A DNA stretch of 55,286 bases from Myxococcota bacterium. GTDB lineage: Bacteria > Myxococcota > JACRCW01. This document shows, piece after piece, positions 27,386 to 37,960 of the stretch. The stretch spans positions 1 to 55,286 of the forward strand of contig JBFMGU010000036.1 in assembly GCA_040752415.1 (NCBI GenBank). The letters are read 5' to 3'. The notes beneath the pieces are model-generated. The model had not been told where the DNA came from. It ran no database searches and saw only the letters and a list, made by a program, of their open reading frames with translations. A program made the translations under genes and the position numbers. The number at the start of each line of letters is the position of its first letter. Position 1 is the stretch's first letter.

Positions 27386-29158
27386 TCAGTGCTCGGAACG
27401 ACGAGGACGAGGCGCTCCGCGCGCAATCGCCTCCTTGGCCACCGCGGCGAGACGCGGGTCGGGGTCGTTGGCAAAGGCCTTCAGGGAAGCACCGCTGATC
27501 TCACGCGGCGCCTCGTCCAACACGTCCAGCAGGAGCTTGCGCGCCTCCGAGGGAAACACCTTGGAGAGCGGTTCCTTGCCCGCGCGCTTGACCGCGTCCA
27601 CGGCGGCACGGGCCGCGTCCGGCGGGATTTCCTCGTCGGGACGGAGGCGCGCGGCCAGGTCGCGGTGGGCCACCACGCGGGCCCAGGCGGCATACGGGTC
27701 GCTCGCGTCCACCTTCTCGTGCTCGGCCAGCAATGCCAGCGCCTGGTTCGGAGCCTTGGCGCCCAGCAGTCGCCAGATGCGCTGGGTGCGGTCACGCGCG
27801 GCATCACCGCCGGAACGTGCCTTGCGACCGGCCGCGGCGGCGCGCGGCGCGGAGTGCGGGTCCAGGGCGTGGGCGCGCAGGTTCTCGTCGAGGGCGGCCT
27901 CCTTCTGGCCCATGGCGGTGAGCGTCTGCGCCATCAGCTCCGCGGCGTCCGCGTCCATGCCGGTATCCTTCTCCGCCGCGCGCAGCGCCTCCAACGCCCG
28001 ACCCTGCGCACCCGTGGCCAGCGCACTGCGCGCCAACGCCATGAGCGCCAGCGTGCGCATGCGCCCCGAGGGCAGGCCCTTCACGCCGGAGTCCAGCGCC
28101 AGCAGCGCCTGCGCGTGGTCGCCCGCGGCGGCGGCGGCAAGACCGGAGGCCACCGCGGCTTCCGACGAGAATCCCTTCAGCCCGCGCAGCTTCTCGGCCA
28201 CCGTGGCGGCGGCGTCGGCGTGACCCAGGCGCGCTTCCACCACCGCGGCGGTGAGCAGCGCGTCGGCGGCGAGCCAGGGCGCCAGCCCGCTGGTGACGAG
28301 GAGCGAGATGTCGGTGAGACCCTGCTGCGGGTCGGGGCCCAGGGCGCGCGCCTGCGCGGTGAGCACCTTGCAACGCGTGCAGGTCTCCATCATCTGCGTG
28401 GCCTTGTGTCCGTCGGCCATGGCGCCCGCGTGGTCACCCACGGAAAGACGCAGGCGACCCCGCTCGTAGAACACCCGCACCGGCGCGTCGGCGAGCGCGG
28501 CGGCGGCATCCAGCGCGGTCAACGCGTCTCCCCGCTCTCCCAGCATCCCCAGCGTGATGCCCTGCAACAGCAGCAGCCAGGCGTCCTTGGGCGCGTCCTT
28601 CATGGTGCGGTCAATGGCCCCCAGCGCCTCTCCCCGACGAGCCGCCGCCGCCAGCACCACGCCGCGCGCCATCTCCACCCGACGACCACCCTGCTTGGCG
28701 GCGCCCAGCGTCAACGCCATGCCGTACGCGTCGGTGAGTCGCTCGTTGTAGCCGTTGGGGTCGGGATCCAGCACCAGGCTCAACATGACGCCGCCGCCGG
28801 CCTCCACCTTCGTGACGTCGTTCTCCGCCACGCGGAACGACGCGGCGAACAGGTCCCGCGCCTCGGGCTCGCAGTTGTCGGTGGCCTGGCCCAGCTTCAC
28901 GTAGCCCGCCGGCACCGCCGCCCCCGACGGGAGATTCACCGGACTGGCCGCCGCCAGCGACTTGAGCGCCGCCTGACCGTATTCCGCCGTGGCCATGGTG
29001 GGATGGGGCGGACGCTGCAGCGGACCGGGCGCGCCGTTCACCAGGGAGGCCGCGGGCTTCGGCGGCGCAGCGTCGGGGGCGGGCGTGGTGTCCTTGGCCG
29101 GACAGGCCAGGCACAGCGTGCACAGCAGGAAGGGGAGGGCGGATGGGATGCGGGCCAT
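27386..29158 (-). CDS. TPR-like helical-repeat lipoprotein
   Basis: Lipobox CLAC; Ala/Leu-rich TPR-like helices (AWLLLLQGITLGMLGERGDAL, VFYERGRLRLSVGD). Confidence 0.8.
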   Translation of the reverse strand: MARIPSALPFLLCTLCLACPAKDTTPAPDAAPPKPAASLVNGAPGPLQRPPHPTMATAEYGQAALKSLAAASPVNLPSGAAVPAGYVKLGQATDNCEPEARDLFAASFRVAENDVTKVEAGGGVMLSLVLDPDPNGYNERLTDAYGMALTLGAAKQGGRRVEMARGVVLAAAARRGEALGAIDRTMKDAPKDAWLLLLQGITLGMLGERGDALTALDAAAALADAPVRVFYERGRLRLSVGDHAGAMADGHKATQMMETCTRCKVLTAQARALGPDPQQGLTDISLLVTSGLAPWLAADALLTAAVVEARLGHADAAATVAEKLRGLKGFSSEAAVASGLAAAAAGDHAQALLALDSGVKGLPSGRMRTLALMALARSALATGAQGRALEALRAAEKDTGMDADAAELMAQTLTAMGQKEAALDENLRAHALDPHSAPRAAAAGRKARSGGDAARDRTQRIWRLLGAKAPNQALALLAEHEKVDASDPYAAWARVVAHRDLAARLRPDEEIPPDAARAAVDAVKRAGKEPLSKVFPSEARKLLLDVLDEAPREISGASLKAFANDPDPRLAAVAKEAIARGAPRPRRSEH

Positions 29159-29210
29159 GGCGGTCCATCCGCTAGCGCATGGACGCACCGCTTGGGAATC
29201 CCTCGTCGGG

Positions 29211-29846
29211 TCAGGGCTTGGGGATGCGCAACGTCTTGCTGATCATGGCGCTGCCGCTGAGCAGGTACAGCACGCTGAGCGGGTGCCACAGGAACGGGCC
29301 CACCTTGAGCTCACCCCACGGCAGCGCGGGGCCCAGGCGGTCATTGGCAAAACAGATCCCCAGCACCAACACCAGGACCAGGCTGGAGGGGATGGGCGTG
29401 CCCTCGAAGTAGCGGACCTTGCCGCGCTCGTCGGAGAGCGTGGCCGCCGTGACGTTGAAGCGCGCCAGCCGGCTGATGCCGCATCCCACGAAGTACACGA
29501 GGATCACCGCGTCCCAGCCGCCCTGCATCCCCATGGCAAACGCCAACGCCGCCGGCGCCACGCCAAAGGAGACAATGTCCGCCAGGCTGTCCAGCTCCTG
29601 GCCCATGGGGCTGGAGGCATGCCGCCACCGCGCCACGCTCCCGTCGAGCACGTCGAAGACCAGCGCGGCCAGCAGGATCCACATCGCCGCGGTGAGTCGC
29701 CAGCGGTCCTGCTCCAGCAGGTAGCTCATGGTCAGCAGGATGGAGCCGGTGCCGCAGAAGGCGTTGCACAGCGTGATGAGGTCCGCGAGGTGGTAGTTGC
29801 GGATCATCGAGAAGTGGACGGGGGCCTTCTGCTGGTTGGTGGTCAC
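29211..29846 (-). CDS. pssA: CDP-diacylglycerol--serine O-phosphatidyltransferase
   Basis: GTG at 29846 after GGAG; CDP-alcohol motif DVLDGSVAR...GQELDSLADIVSFGVAP; RLARFN; YFEGTPIP. Confidence 0.9.
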   Translation of the reverse strand: MTTNQQKAPVHFSMIRNYHLADLITLCNAFCGTGSILLTMSYLLEQDRWRLTAAMWILLAALVFDVLDGSVARWRHASSPMGQELDSLADIVSFGVAPAALAFAMGMQGGWDAVILVYFVGCGISRLARFNVTAATLSDERGKVRYFEGTPIPSSLVLVLVLGICFANDRLGPALPWGELKVGPFLWHPLSVLYLLSGSAMISKTLRIPKP

Positions 29847-29994
29847 CGGTGTGCTCCGGGGTGGTGTCGTCGAGGAGACTGTGGTGCGCGAGGGGTCGGC
29901 CTGCAAGGGTGTGCCGAAGTTGCAGCTCACGCGCTCCGGCTTCCCGGGGTGGGCCTTGCCGGTCTCCGGGGCGGTGGGGCAACCTTCCCGGTCC

Positions 29995-30927
29995 ATGAGC
30001 ACGGACACCACGACGCCCGCCACTCCCGTTGTCACCGACACCCCACCCGAGACCGTGGAAGCGCCCACGCGCAAGGTCCGCACCTACGAGGTGATGGTCA
30101 AGAGCGTCACGCCGGAGACGCATGATGCGGTGACCATCACGCTCTTCGCCGGCAATGAGCGGCTGGACTACAAGCCCGGTCAGTTCCTCACCATCAACCC
30201 GCACCAGTTCGGTGAGCTGGCGCGCTTTGCGCAGTTCCTGGCGGACCAGAAGGGCTCGAAGGAGCCCATCCGCGCGTACTCGGTGTCCTCGGCGCCGCAC
30301 GAGCAGTACCTGTCCTTCACCGTGAAGGAGGAGAGCTACGTGTCCGGCGTGACGCCGTATCCTCCGCTGCTCTCACCGCTGCTGGTGCGCGGGCTGAACC
30401 AGGGTCGCGTGATGCAGGTCAGCGGCTTCAGCGGCCCGTACACCATCCCGGATGACATCACGTCCAAGACGGACCACCTCATCCACATCTGCGCGGGCAG
30501 CGGCATCGTCCCCAACTTCTCGATGATCAAGGACCAGCTGCACCGCAACACCAAGCTGCGCCACACGCTGGTCTACGGCAACAAGACCTACGACGACATC
30601 ATCTACCGCCAGCAGCTGGACACGCTGCAGCGGCAGTTCCCCTTCAAGCTGCGCGTGGTGCACGTGCTGAGCCGTGAGGCCAACGCGGAGCGGTTTGGCA
30701 TTGGGTTCCGCAGCGGTCGCGTCTCGGCGGCGGTGCTGAAGGAGGTCATCGAGGAGCCCACGGCCGCGCAGGTGTTCGCGTGCGGTCCGGGCGTGACCAA
30801 GTGGGAGCGCTCCGCGGCCAAGAAGGAAGGGCGCACGCCCACGCCGCGGTTCTTGGAAGGCGTGATGGAGGCGCTGCAGCAGCTGGGTGTGCCGAAGAAG
30901 AACGTGCACCAGGAGAGCTACGGCTGA
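29995..30927 (+). CDS. FNR-like FAD/NAD(P)-binding oxidoreductase (no Fe-S domain)
   Basis: YKPGQFL, RAYSVSS, CAGSGIVPNFSM, YGNK, FACGP, C-terminal ESYG. Confidence 0.88.
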   Translation: MSTDTTTPATPVVTDTPPETVEAPTRKVRTYEVMVKSVTPETHDAVTITLFAGNERLDYKPGQFLTINPHQFGELARFAQFLADQKGSKEPIRAYSVSSAPHEQYLSFTVKEESYVSGVTPYPPLLSPLLVRGLNQGRVMQVSGFSGPYTIPDDITSKTDHLIHICAGSGIVPNFSMIKDQLHRNTKLRHTLVYGNKTYDDIIYRQQLDTLQRQFPFKLRVVHVLSREANAERFGIGFRSGRVSAAVLKEVIEEPTAAQVFACGPGVTKWERSAAKKEGRTPTPRFLEGVMEALQQLGVPKKNVHQESYG

Positions 30928-31014
30928 GCTGCGCGCCGCGAACGGCATGGCGGCATGGGCGACGTTGCAGAGCCTGACGTCTCCCCGGTCCGCGTCTGCC
31001 TCTGGGGCGCCATC

Positions 31015-32052
31015 TCAGTCCCTCTTTCCGGGTAGCTTCTTCGCCGCGGCTTCCAGTGCCGCCAGCGTGTCCTCCTCACCTGCCGCCTCGGCGCGGGCCC
31101 GCCGCTCGGCCGCGAAGCGCTCGTATTCTGCGTGGGCGCGGGCGTTGGCGTCCTCACGCGAGACGCGGCCGGCGTTGGGCAGCACCTCGCGGTCGTTGAA
31201 GCGCAGGAAGTCATCCAGCTTCTCGCGCCAGTCGCGCAGGAAGATCTGCTTGCGCCGCTCGGCCTGGTCCTCGGCGAAGTCCAGGAACATCGTCACGATG
31301 CGGTTGAGCGCGGTGATTTCCTCTTCGCGCAGGTAGTTCTTGGCCACGGTGACATCCGCCTTGCGCACCGCCTGCCCCTGCCAGGAGGTCAGGCCCATGT
31401 TCGGCTTCGCCGCATCCGCGCGCTCGGCAATCAGCTCCGGCGCGGTCTTGCCGGTGACGGCGAAATGCAGCTTGTTCTGCACGGCCTGGAAGAAGACCTG
31501 CGTCTCGTCGTCGTTGGGCTCGTAGTCTGCGGCCAGCGCCAGGATCTCGCGGACGCGCAGGTACATCCGGCGCTCGCTGGCGCGGATGTCGCGAATGCGC
31601 GCCAACAGCTCATCGAAGTAGTCCGGCACACCCGGGCCCGGCGGGTTCTTGAGTCGCTCATCGTCAATGACGAAGCCCTTGGTCAGGTACTCATTGAGCT
31701 TGGCCGTGGCCCACTGGCGGAACTGCGTGCCCCGTTTGCTGCGCACGCGGTATCCCACCGCGAGGATCATTTCGAGCGAGTAGTGCTCCACCTCGCGCTC
31801 AACTTGCCGGGTACCTTCGGTCTGAACTATTCGATATCGTCGAATGGTTGCCCGTTCGCTGAGTTCCCCGTCGGCAGCAACCTCCTTGATGTGATGATTG
31901 ATCGTCCCAACGCCGATCTGGAACAGCTCGGCCAGCTGACGTTGGCTGAGCCAGATCGTCTTCTGCGCAAATCGGCATTGGACCTTCGTCAGGCCATCAT
32001 CCGTCCGGTATAAAACGAACTCGCCTTCGCCCTGCTCACGCTCCTCGGCCAT
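31015..32052 (-). CDS. rhuM: RhuM-family (Virulence_RhuM) DNA-binding protein
   Basis: ATG at 32052; IWLSQRQLAELF, YSLEMILAVGYRVRSKRGTQFRQWA, DYFDELLARIRDIRASERR, VQNKLHFA, AKNYL. Confidence 0.92.
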   Translation of the reverse strand: MAEEREQGEGEFVLYRTDDGLTKVQCRFAQKTIWLSQRQLAELFQIGVGTINHHIKEVAADGELSERATIRRYRIVQTEGTRQVEREVEHYSLEMILAVGYRVRSKRGTQFRQWATAKLNEYLTKGFVIDDERLKNPPGPGVPDYFDELLARIRDIRASERRMYLRVREILALAADYEPNDDETQVFFQAVQNKLHFAVTGKTAPELIAERADAAKPNMGLTSWQGQAVRKADVTVAKNYLREEEITALNRIVTMFLDFAEDQAERRKQIFLRDWREKLDDFLRFNDREVLPNAGRVSREDANARAHAEYERFAAERRARAEAAGEEDTLAALEAAAKKLPGKRD

Positions 32053-32371
32053 CGTCACGACTCTCCACAGGCGACGGGTCCCGGGCGATGGACACGCATC
32101 CGTTCGTCGTCCGGCGGTCCATGCCTCACCGCCACCGTGCCGCGGCTTGCAGACGGGAGGTCCCGTCGCTTTGCATCCAGATGCAGGAATCGGGTGATCG
32201 CGGGTGCTTCGGACATGGGTGGCAGCTTGCCAAAAGTGCCGCGGGACACAAGAGGGGTCCCTCCACCTTCCCCTTGCTTCCCGCTTCCACGCTCCTGGCA
32301 CCCTGCCAATGAGCCTCAGGGCACCTGCTTGCCAATCGACGGCACCAGGACTCGACGGCATGATGACGTGA

Positions 32372-33199
32372 ATGCGCGGCATCACCGGAGCGTTTCTTGC
32401 GTTGGTGTCCATCAGCACGGCGGGATGCCTCTCGCCCCGGAACGACGTCGCCGACGGTGGAGCTGGTGTTTCGGATGGCGGGCCCGCTCAGGACGCAGGG
32501 ACGCAACTGCGCGACGCCGCCATGGCATCGTCCGCGTCTTCATCGTCTTCTTCGTCTTCCGGCGGACAGGACTACTGTCACGGTGACTGCATCGTCGGCG
32601 ACCACGTGTGCTGGGACGGCGTCGTCGAGGGACCCATCAGCTACGGATGCCCTTGTGACTCTTGTCCGGCCAGATGCGCCGGGCCGCCTGTCCATCCATG
32701 TGCCGAGGGATGTCGGCCTGAAGACGTGCGAATGGACCCACGCCTTGGTTTGGACCCAGCCCACCTGTGTGCAGAGAATCGACGCCAGCCCGGCGAGAGC
32801 TGCGCAAGCTCCACTGAGTGCGACGCGCTGCTGGTGGACGATGCCGGAGCCCTCCAGTGGACCCGCGTGAGGTGCGCGCCGGACGCGGGCGTGTGTGAGC
32901 GGGTGGATGCCCCGTGGTGGCTTGACCAGCCGTGCGCGCAGGACCAAGCGTGCTTGAGCGTGGGGACCGCTGTGGATGACCGCTGCCCCGGCGGGGTCTG
33001 CCTTCTCTACGCAGGGAGCTACCGCGCGGCGTGGTGCACAACGTCATGCGCGAGCGACGACGACTGCCCGCTGGGTGCGGAGTGCACGCGCTACCCCTCT
33101 TGGGCGCGGGATGGGGGTCCAGCTCCTGCGCTCGTTTGCTGGGGCTCAACGTCAAGTCATTGGCCTGGTCCCGACGGAGGACCGCCCCAATGTCCCTGA
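32372..33199 (+). CDS. Cys-rich lipoprotein
   Basis: Lipobox TAGC; poly-Ser linker; Cys modules including CTTSCASDDDCPLGAEC. Confidence 0.75.
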   Translation: MRGITGAFLALVSISTAGCLSPRNDVADGGAGVSDGGPAQDAGTQLRDAAMASSASSSSSSSSGGQDYCHGDCIVGDHVCWDGVVEGPISYGCPCDSCPARCAGPPVHPCAEGCRPEDVRMDPRLGLDPAHLCAENRRQPGESCASSTECDALLVDDAGALQWTRVRCAPDAGVCERVDAPWWLDQPCAQDQACLSVGTAVDDRCPGGVCLLYAGSYRAAWCTTSCASDDDCPLGAECTRYPSWARDGGPAPALVCWGSTSSHWPGPDGGPPQCP

Positions 33200-33391
33200 C
33201 CGGGCGTCGCAACTCGGGCTGACGCCCCGCGAGGGTGACGCGCGACATTCGGGTTGACGGGACTCCGGGGAAGCGTACGCGTGACCGCGCGCCGCTCCTG
33301 ACGACGTGCCGCGCGTGCAAGCTGTCGTTATCCCGACAGAGCCAATCCCACATCAGGCCACCTGCGTTCCGCGCACTTCCTGGGAGTGTCG

Positions 33392-36300
33392 ATGTCCCGA
33401 AGCGCATGTCCGGTGCGTCCCGTGTCCGCCGTGCTGCTCGGCGTCGCGGCCTTCGTGTGTTCGTCCTGCACCGACGGAAGAACGTCCGATCCGACGCCCG
33501 CCAGCACCGCCAACGGCGGAAGCTCGTCGTCATCGTCGTCATCCGGCGAGAGCGGCTCCGCGTTCAGCAACGCATCCAGCTCCGGTGTCAGCTCCTCCGG
33601 TCCCAACCCGCATGACCCGGCAAACGCCACGCGCGACAGCGACTGCGACGGCCTCACCGACGAGGAAGAGCTCAACCGCCACTACGCCGGCGGCGCGTCC
33701 ACCGACCCGACGAACCCGGACTCCGACGGTGACGGCGTCCTGGACGGTGTGGAGGTGGGCGCCTCGGGCGTCGTGAACGGGAGGGTTCCGGCGTGCGCCA
33801 CGTTCCCCGGCGACGTGGACCCCAACACGCGCACCAACCCCACGCTCGCCGACAGCGACGTGGATGGCGTTCCCGACGGCGCGGAAGACAAGGATCGCAA
33901 CGGGCGCGTGGATGGCGGTGAGACCGATCCCAATGACCCGGACAGCGACGCTGACGGGCTCCGGGAAGGGCAGGAGGACGTCGACGCGGATGGCCAGGTG
34001 GACGTGGGGGAGACCAACGGCACGCTGCGGGACACCGACGGTGACGGCATTCCCGACGGTGTGGAGGACGCCAACCGCAACGGGGCGCGTGAGCCTTCCG
34101 AGACCGACCCGCGACGCGCCGACACCGACGGCGACGGCCTGGTGGACGGGGAAGAGGACCTGAACTGGAACCACGTTATCGATACGGGAGAGACCGACCC
34201 GCTGGTTCCCGATGTGGACCGCGACGGCGACGGCATGGTCGACACCCACGAGATCCTGGTGGGCCTGGACCCCGACGACAACGACATGGACGACGACGGC
34301 CTGAGCGACGGTGAGGAGGACCGCAACCGCAACGGCCACGTGGATCCGTGGGAGACCGACCCGCGTCGCGCGGACAGTGACTGTGATGGCCTGCTGGACT
34401 CCGAGGAGGACCTGGACCACGACGGGCAGCAGGGCCCCGGCGAGACCAGCCCGCTGGCCCGCGACACCGACGGCGACCTGCTCCCCGACGGAATGGAGCG
34501 CGGTGTCACCGTCAACCCCGACCCCGTGGGTTGCCCATCCTTCACCCCCGACTCCGACCCCCGCACCACCACCAACCCCGTGCGCAGCGACACCGACGCC
34601 GACGGAATCAACGACGGAATCGAGGACGTGGACCACGACGGCTCACGTTGGGAAGCCGAGACGGACCCGCAGGACGCCGACACCGACGGAGACACACTCC
34701 CGGACGGCGACGAGGACACCAACGCGAACCACGTGGTGGACCTGGGAGAGACCGACCCGCTGGTTCCCGACGTGGACTCCGACGGCGACGCCCTCAGCGA
34801 CCCGGTGGAAGCGCGCCTGGGCACCAACCCCGGGAATCCCGACAGCGACGCGGATGGCCGTCAGGACGGCGCGGAGGACGTCAACCACGACGGAATCCGG
34901 AGCCCCGGGGAAACCGACCCGCTCCACGGTGACTCCGACTGCGACGGGCTCAACGACGGAGAAGAGGACGCCAGAGGAACCCATCCGCTCGATGATGACA
35001 CCGATGACGACGGCATCACCGACGGCATCGAGTTGGGCCGCACGTCATCCGCGTGTGCATCGTTCCAGCCCGCCGCGCAGCCGCCCACGGTCACCAACCC
35101 GGCATCGCCCGACAGCGACGGAGACGGCATCCCCGACGGCGTGGAAGACGCGGACCACAACGGCCACCAGGATCCCGGCGAGCTCAATCCCGCCGTTGCC
35201 GACGCCGACGGTCCCATTGGCGACGCGTGCACCACCGCCGCGCTCGCGCCCATCACGCTCCACCAGGCGGCGACACTCCAGCTCGCCACGCTTGCCGCGT
35301 TTGGCCAGCGCGCGGACATCACGGTGTCGGACGTCGTGGTGGGTGAGGTTCTCGTCAACGCTGCGCCGGAAGCGCCGGTGGTGTTGCTGGCGTTCACCCG
35401 GGAAGTGCGCGCGGATGAGCCCACCGCGTCGGCGATTGCGTCGCACGTGGAACAGGAGCTGCAGCCCATGGGCTTGGCCAACCCCATCACCCAGGCGCTC
35501 CCCTGCGCCAATCCGCCGCTGGACTGCACCTGGGACGGTTTCCCCGCCGTGCTGGGCTCCCACGACCTTCACTCCGGTGCCGACGCATTCGACGCCGCGA
35601 ACGAGTTGGTGACGCGCCTGCTTCCGGGAGCCGCTCCGCCGCTGATGGGCGCGCTGGGACAGACGGGTCCCTTCAAGCTGCGCACGGAGGTGGTGCGACG
35701 TTCCAACGGTGAGGCCGTCATCCTTCTCGCGCTCATGCCGCTGCAGGCGTATGGCGTCGTGGGTGGCCGGGGCGTCCACCTTGATGACGTGTCCAACGCC
35801 ACCGCGCTGGGACAACGCGACGACGACGTGGCGGTGCAATGCGACGTGTTCCAGACGCAGGCGTATCCCAAGGCGGACATCCTGTTCATCATTGACAACT
35901 CCGCCTCCATGGGTGACGACCAACAGGCCCTCATGATGGCCGCCGACGCCATGGTGGCGCTCCTGCAAAACGCGCTTCTCGACTGGCGTGTGGGTCGCAT
36001 CACGACGGACTCGGACTCTCCGCGCGACCTCTTCCAGAACCCCATTCCGCTGGGTTACGGCGACACCAACGGCACGGCGGAAGCGAGCAATCACCACTGG
36101 CCGTTCATCAAGCCCACCAACGAGGTGCCATTTGACGTCGTGGCCACGATCATCCGCGAGCGCCACATGACGCCGGGGCTCACAGGTTGGGGCATGGAGG
36201 CCAGCCTGGAGCCGCTGCGTTACGTGTTGCAGGACAACCCCGACGTCGCGCACCGCCTCCTGCCCGCCACCGCGCCAGGCACTCCCGAGGATCCCTGGAA

Positions 36301-37678
36301 GCTGCGCGCGGATGCGCGGTTGGCGGTGGTGATCGTCTCCGACGCGGGTGAGCAGTCGAACCTTCCGCCGCGCACGCGCCTGGATTGGACCGAGGGCACC
36401 GAGGGAACCATCCTGCGCTTCCTCCGCGGCGGGCCCACCAACGGCACGGCGCTCTCGGGAACACCCAACGCCGCCACGTACGATCCCTCCCGTGACGACG
36501 AGCCACCCATCCTCCTGGGCGGCGTGCTCTGCCCGCTGGGCGTCTACTGCACCGGCGAGGAGTGGGGCACCGGCAACAGCGCACTGCTGGCCACGTATCA
36601 CAACACCGTGAACGCGCTGGGCGGCGTGGTGGGGAGCATCAGGCAACCGGACGCCATTGCGCCGGCGGTGCAGGCATTCATGTCGTCGGTGATTGGCAGC
36701 GTCAGTCCCTACCGTCTCACCCGGGCGGCCATCAGTGCGTCGCTGAAGGTGGCGGTGGAGGGACAACCGCAGACCGGGTGCAACTGGGCCGACGTGCCGC
36801 GCAGTCGCCAGGACGGATTCGACTACGACGCCGCCACCGGACAGATCACGTTCCACGGCGCGTGTCGCCCGTCCAATGACGCGGGAAGCGTGGGACAACG
36901 CATTGCCGTGAGCTACCGCTACTGGGTCCACGGTGAGCCAGAGCCGGAACCCGACCCGGAGCCCTGCGGCGGTCCGTGTGACCCACCCCTCGCCTGCAAC
37001 CCCACGATGAACCTGTGTGAGTGCCCCGCGGATTGCGGATTGTCGTCGGGATGTCCCTCTCCCCACGTCTGCGACACGAACGTGGACGTCTGCTCCTGCA
37101 CCTGTCCCGCGGACTGCGGCGGCGCTCCTCCCGACCCCAGACTCGTGTGCGACCCGCAGCGCTGCGCCTTTGTCTGTCCCGCCGACTGCGGTGGGGAGTC
37201 GCCGGGCACGGGGTACGAGTGCAACCCGGTGACGTGTCGCTGGGAGTGTGCGGGTTGTGATCCGGCGCAGCGTCCCACGACGTCCGGTGAGCGTTACGAC
37301 TGCGACCTGACGACGTGCCAATGGTTCTGCCCCGAGGACTGCGGCGTGCCCAGCCCTGGACCCGGCTACCGCTGTGACCGCCAGACCTGCGAGTACGCGT
37401 GCACGCCCGACTGCGGCGGAACCTGCTACGGCTACCAGCAGTGCGACCCGCGGGACTGCGCGTGTGAGTGCGTGGAGATCGTGACTTGCGGCGCGGGCAT
37501 GAAGTTCGACCCGGTGGCGTGCGACTGCGTGTGCGACGTGGACGCGCTGGAATGCGACGACATGCGGCAGGTGGACCCCGAGACGTGCAGCTGCGCGTGT
37601 CGGGCGGACTGCGGCGGCGCCTGTCCCGTGGGGACCCGGTGCAACGCAAGCTTGTGCGGGTGCGTGAAGGACGGCTGA
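33392..37678 (+). CDS. cglD: CglD-like adventurous-gliding lipoprotein (Ca-binding repeats, VWA domain, Cys-rich tail)
   Basis: Lipobox-like VCSSC; many DxDxDGxxDGxED..ETDP repeats; VWA MIDAS ILFIIDNSASM; C-terminal CPADCGG/CxC repeats; architecture recalled from M. xanthus CglD. Confidence 0.75.
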   Translation: MSRSACPVRPVSAVLLGVAAFVCSSCTDGRTSDPTPASTANGGSSSSSSSSGESGSAFSNASSSGVSSSGPNPHDPANATRDSDCDGLTDEEELNRHYAGGASTDPTNPDSDGDGVLDGVEVGASGVVNGRVPACATFPGDVDPNTRTNPTLADSDVDGVPDGAEDKDRNGRVDGGETDPNDPDSDADGLREGQEDVDADGQVDVGETNGTLRDTDGDGIPDGVEDANRNGAREPSETDPRRADTDGDGLVDGEEDLNWNHVIDTGETDPLVPDVDRDGDGMVDTHEILVGLDPDDNDMDDDGLSDGEEDRNRNGHVDPWETDPRRADSDCDGLLDSEEDLDHDGQQGPGETSPLARDTDGDLLPDGMERGVTVNPDPVGCPSFTPDSDPRTTTNPVRSDTDADGINDGIEDVDHDGSRWEAETDPQDADTDGDTLPDGDEDTNANHVVDLGETDPLVPDVDSDGDALSDPVEARLGTNPGNPDSDADGRQDGAEDVNHDGIRSPGETDPLHGDSDCDGLNDGEEDARGTHPLDDDTDDDGITDGIELGRTSSACASFQPAAQPPTVTNPASPDSDGDGIPDGVEDADHNGHQDPGELNPAVADADGPIGDACTTAALAPITLHQAATLQLATLAAFGQRADITVSDVVVGEVLVNAAPEAPVVLLAFTREVRADEPTASAIASHVEQELQPMGLANPITQALPCANPPLDCTWDGFPAVLGSHDLHSGADAFDAANELVTRLLPGAAPPLMGALGQTGPFKLRTEVVRRSNGEAVILLALMPLQAYGVVGGRGVHLDDVSNATALGQRDDDVAVQCDVFQTQAYPKADILFIIDNSASMGDDQQALMMAADAMVALLQNALLDWRVGRITTDSDSPRDLFQNPIPLGYGDTNGTAEASNHHWPFIKPTNEVPFDVVATIIRERHMTPGLTGWGMEASLEPLRYVLQDNPDVAHRLLPATAPGTPEDPWKLRADARLAVVIVSDAGEQSNLPPRTRLDWTEGTEGTILRFLRGGPTNGTALSGTPNAATYDPSRDDEPPILLGGVLCPLGVYCTGEEWGTGNSALLATYHNTVNALGGVVGSIRQPDAIAPAVQAFMSSVIGSVSPYRLTRAAISASLKVAVEGQPQTGCNWADVPRSRQDGFDYDAATGQITFHGACRPSNDAGSVGQRIAVSYRYWVHGEPEPEPDPEPCGGPCDPPLACNPTMNLCECPADCGLSSGCPSPHVCDTNVDVCSCTCPADCGGAPPDPRLVCDPQRCAFVCPADCGGESPGTGYECNPVTCRWECAGCDPAQRPTTSGERYDCDLTTCQWFCPEDCGVPSPGPGYRCDRQTCEYACTPDCGGTCYGYQQCDPRDCACECVEIVTCGAGMKFDPVACDCVCDVDALECDDMRQVDPETCSCACRADCGGACPVGTRCNASLCGCVKDG

Positions 37679-37682
37679 GCGC

Positions 37683-37892
37683 TCAGCTCGAGGATTCCTT
37701 CTCGGTGCTCTCGGGCAGCGTGGGCGTGGCGCGCGCGGCAACGCGCTTCTGGCGCCACCACATGAGCCCGCCAATGCTGGCCACCACCACCACCTTCACG
37801 GCCACCCACAGCGGCGCGATGTAGAGCCCCGGCTCCACGCCCATCCAGGTCAACATCGCCACCAGGGCGGCAGTCACGGCGGAGGTCAACAT
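37683..37892 (-). CDS. Small two-TM membrane protein
   Basis: 69 aa; two hydrophobic helices and a basic tail; AGGT upstream of ATG. Confidence 0.65.
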   Translation of the reverse strand: MLTSAVTAALVAMLTWMGVEPGLYIAPLWVAVKVVVVASIGGLMWWRQKRVAARATPTLPESTEKESSS

Positions 37893-37960
37893 GAAGTCAC
37901 CTGCCCCTCGGCGGTATCAGACGGTTGCTGCCCTGGCAAACCGGCGGCAAGGTGCCCGTC

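Noticed and set aside
33640..35200. DNA-level repeats within the cglD-like gene as a DGR or mobile repeat
   Set aside because: Explained by in-frame Ca-binding protein repeats; no reverse transcriptase or adenine-specific variation evident
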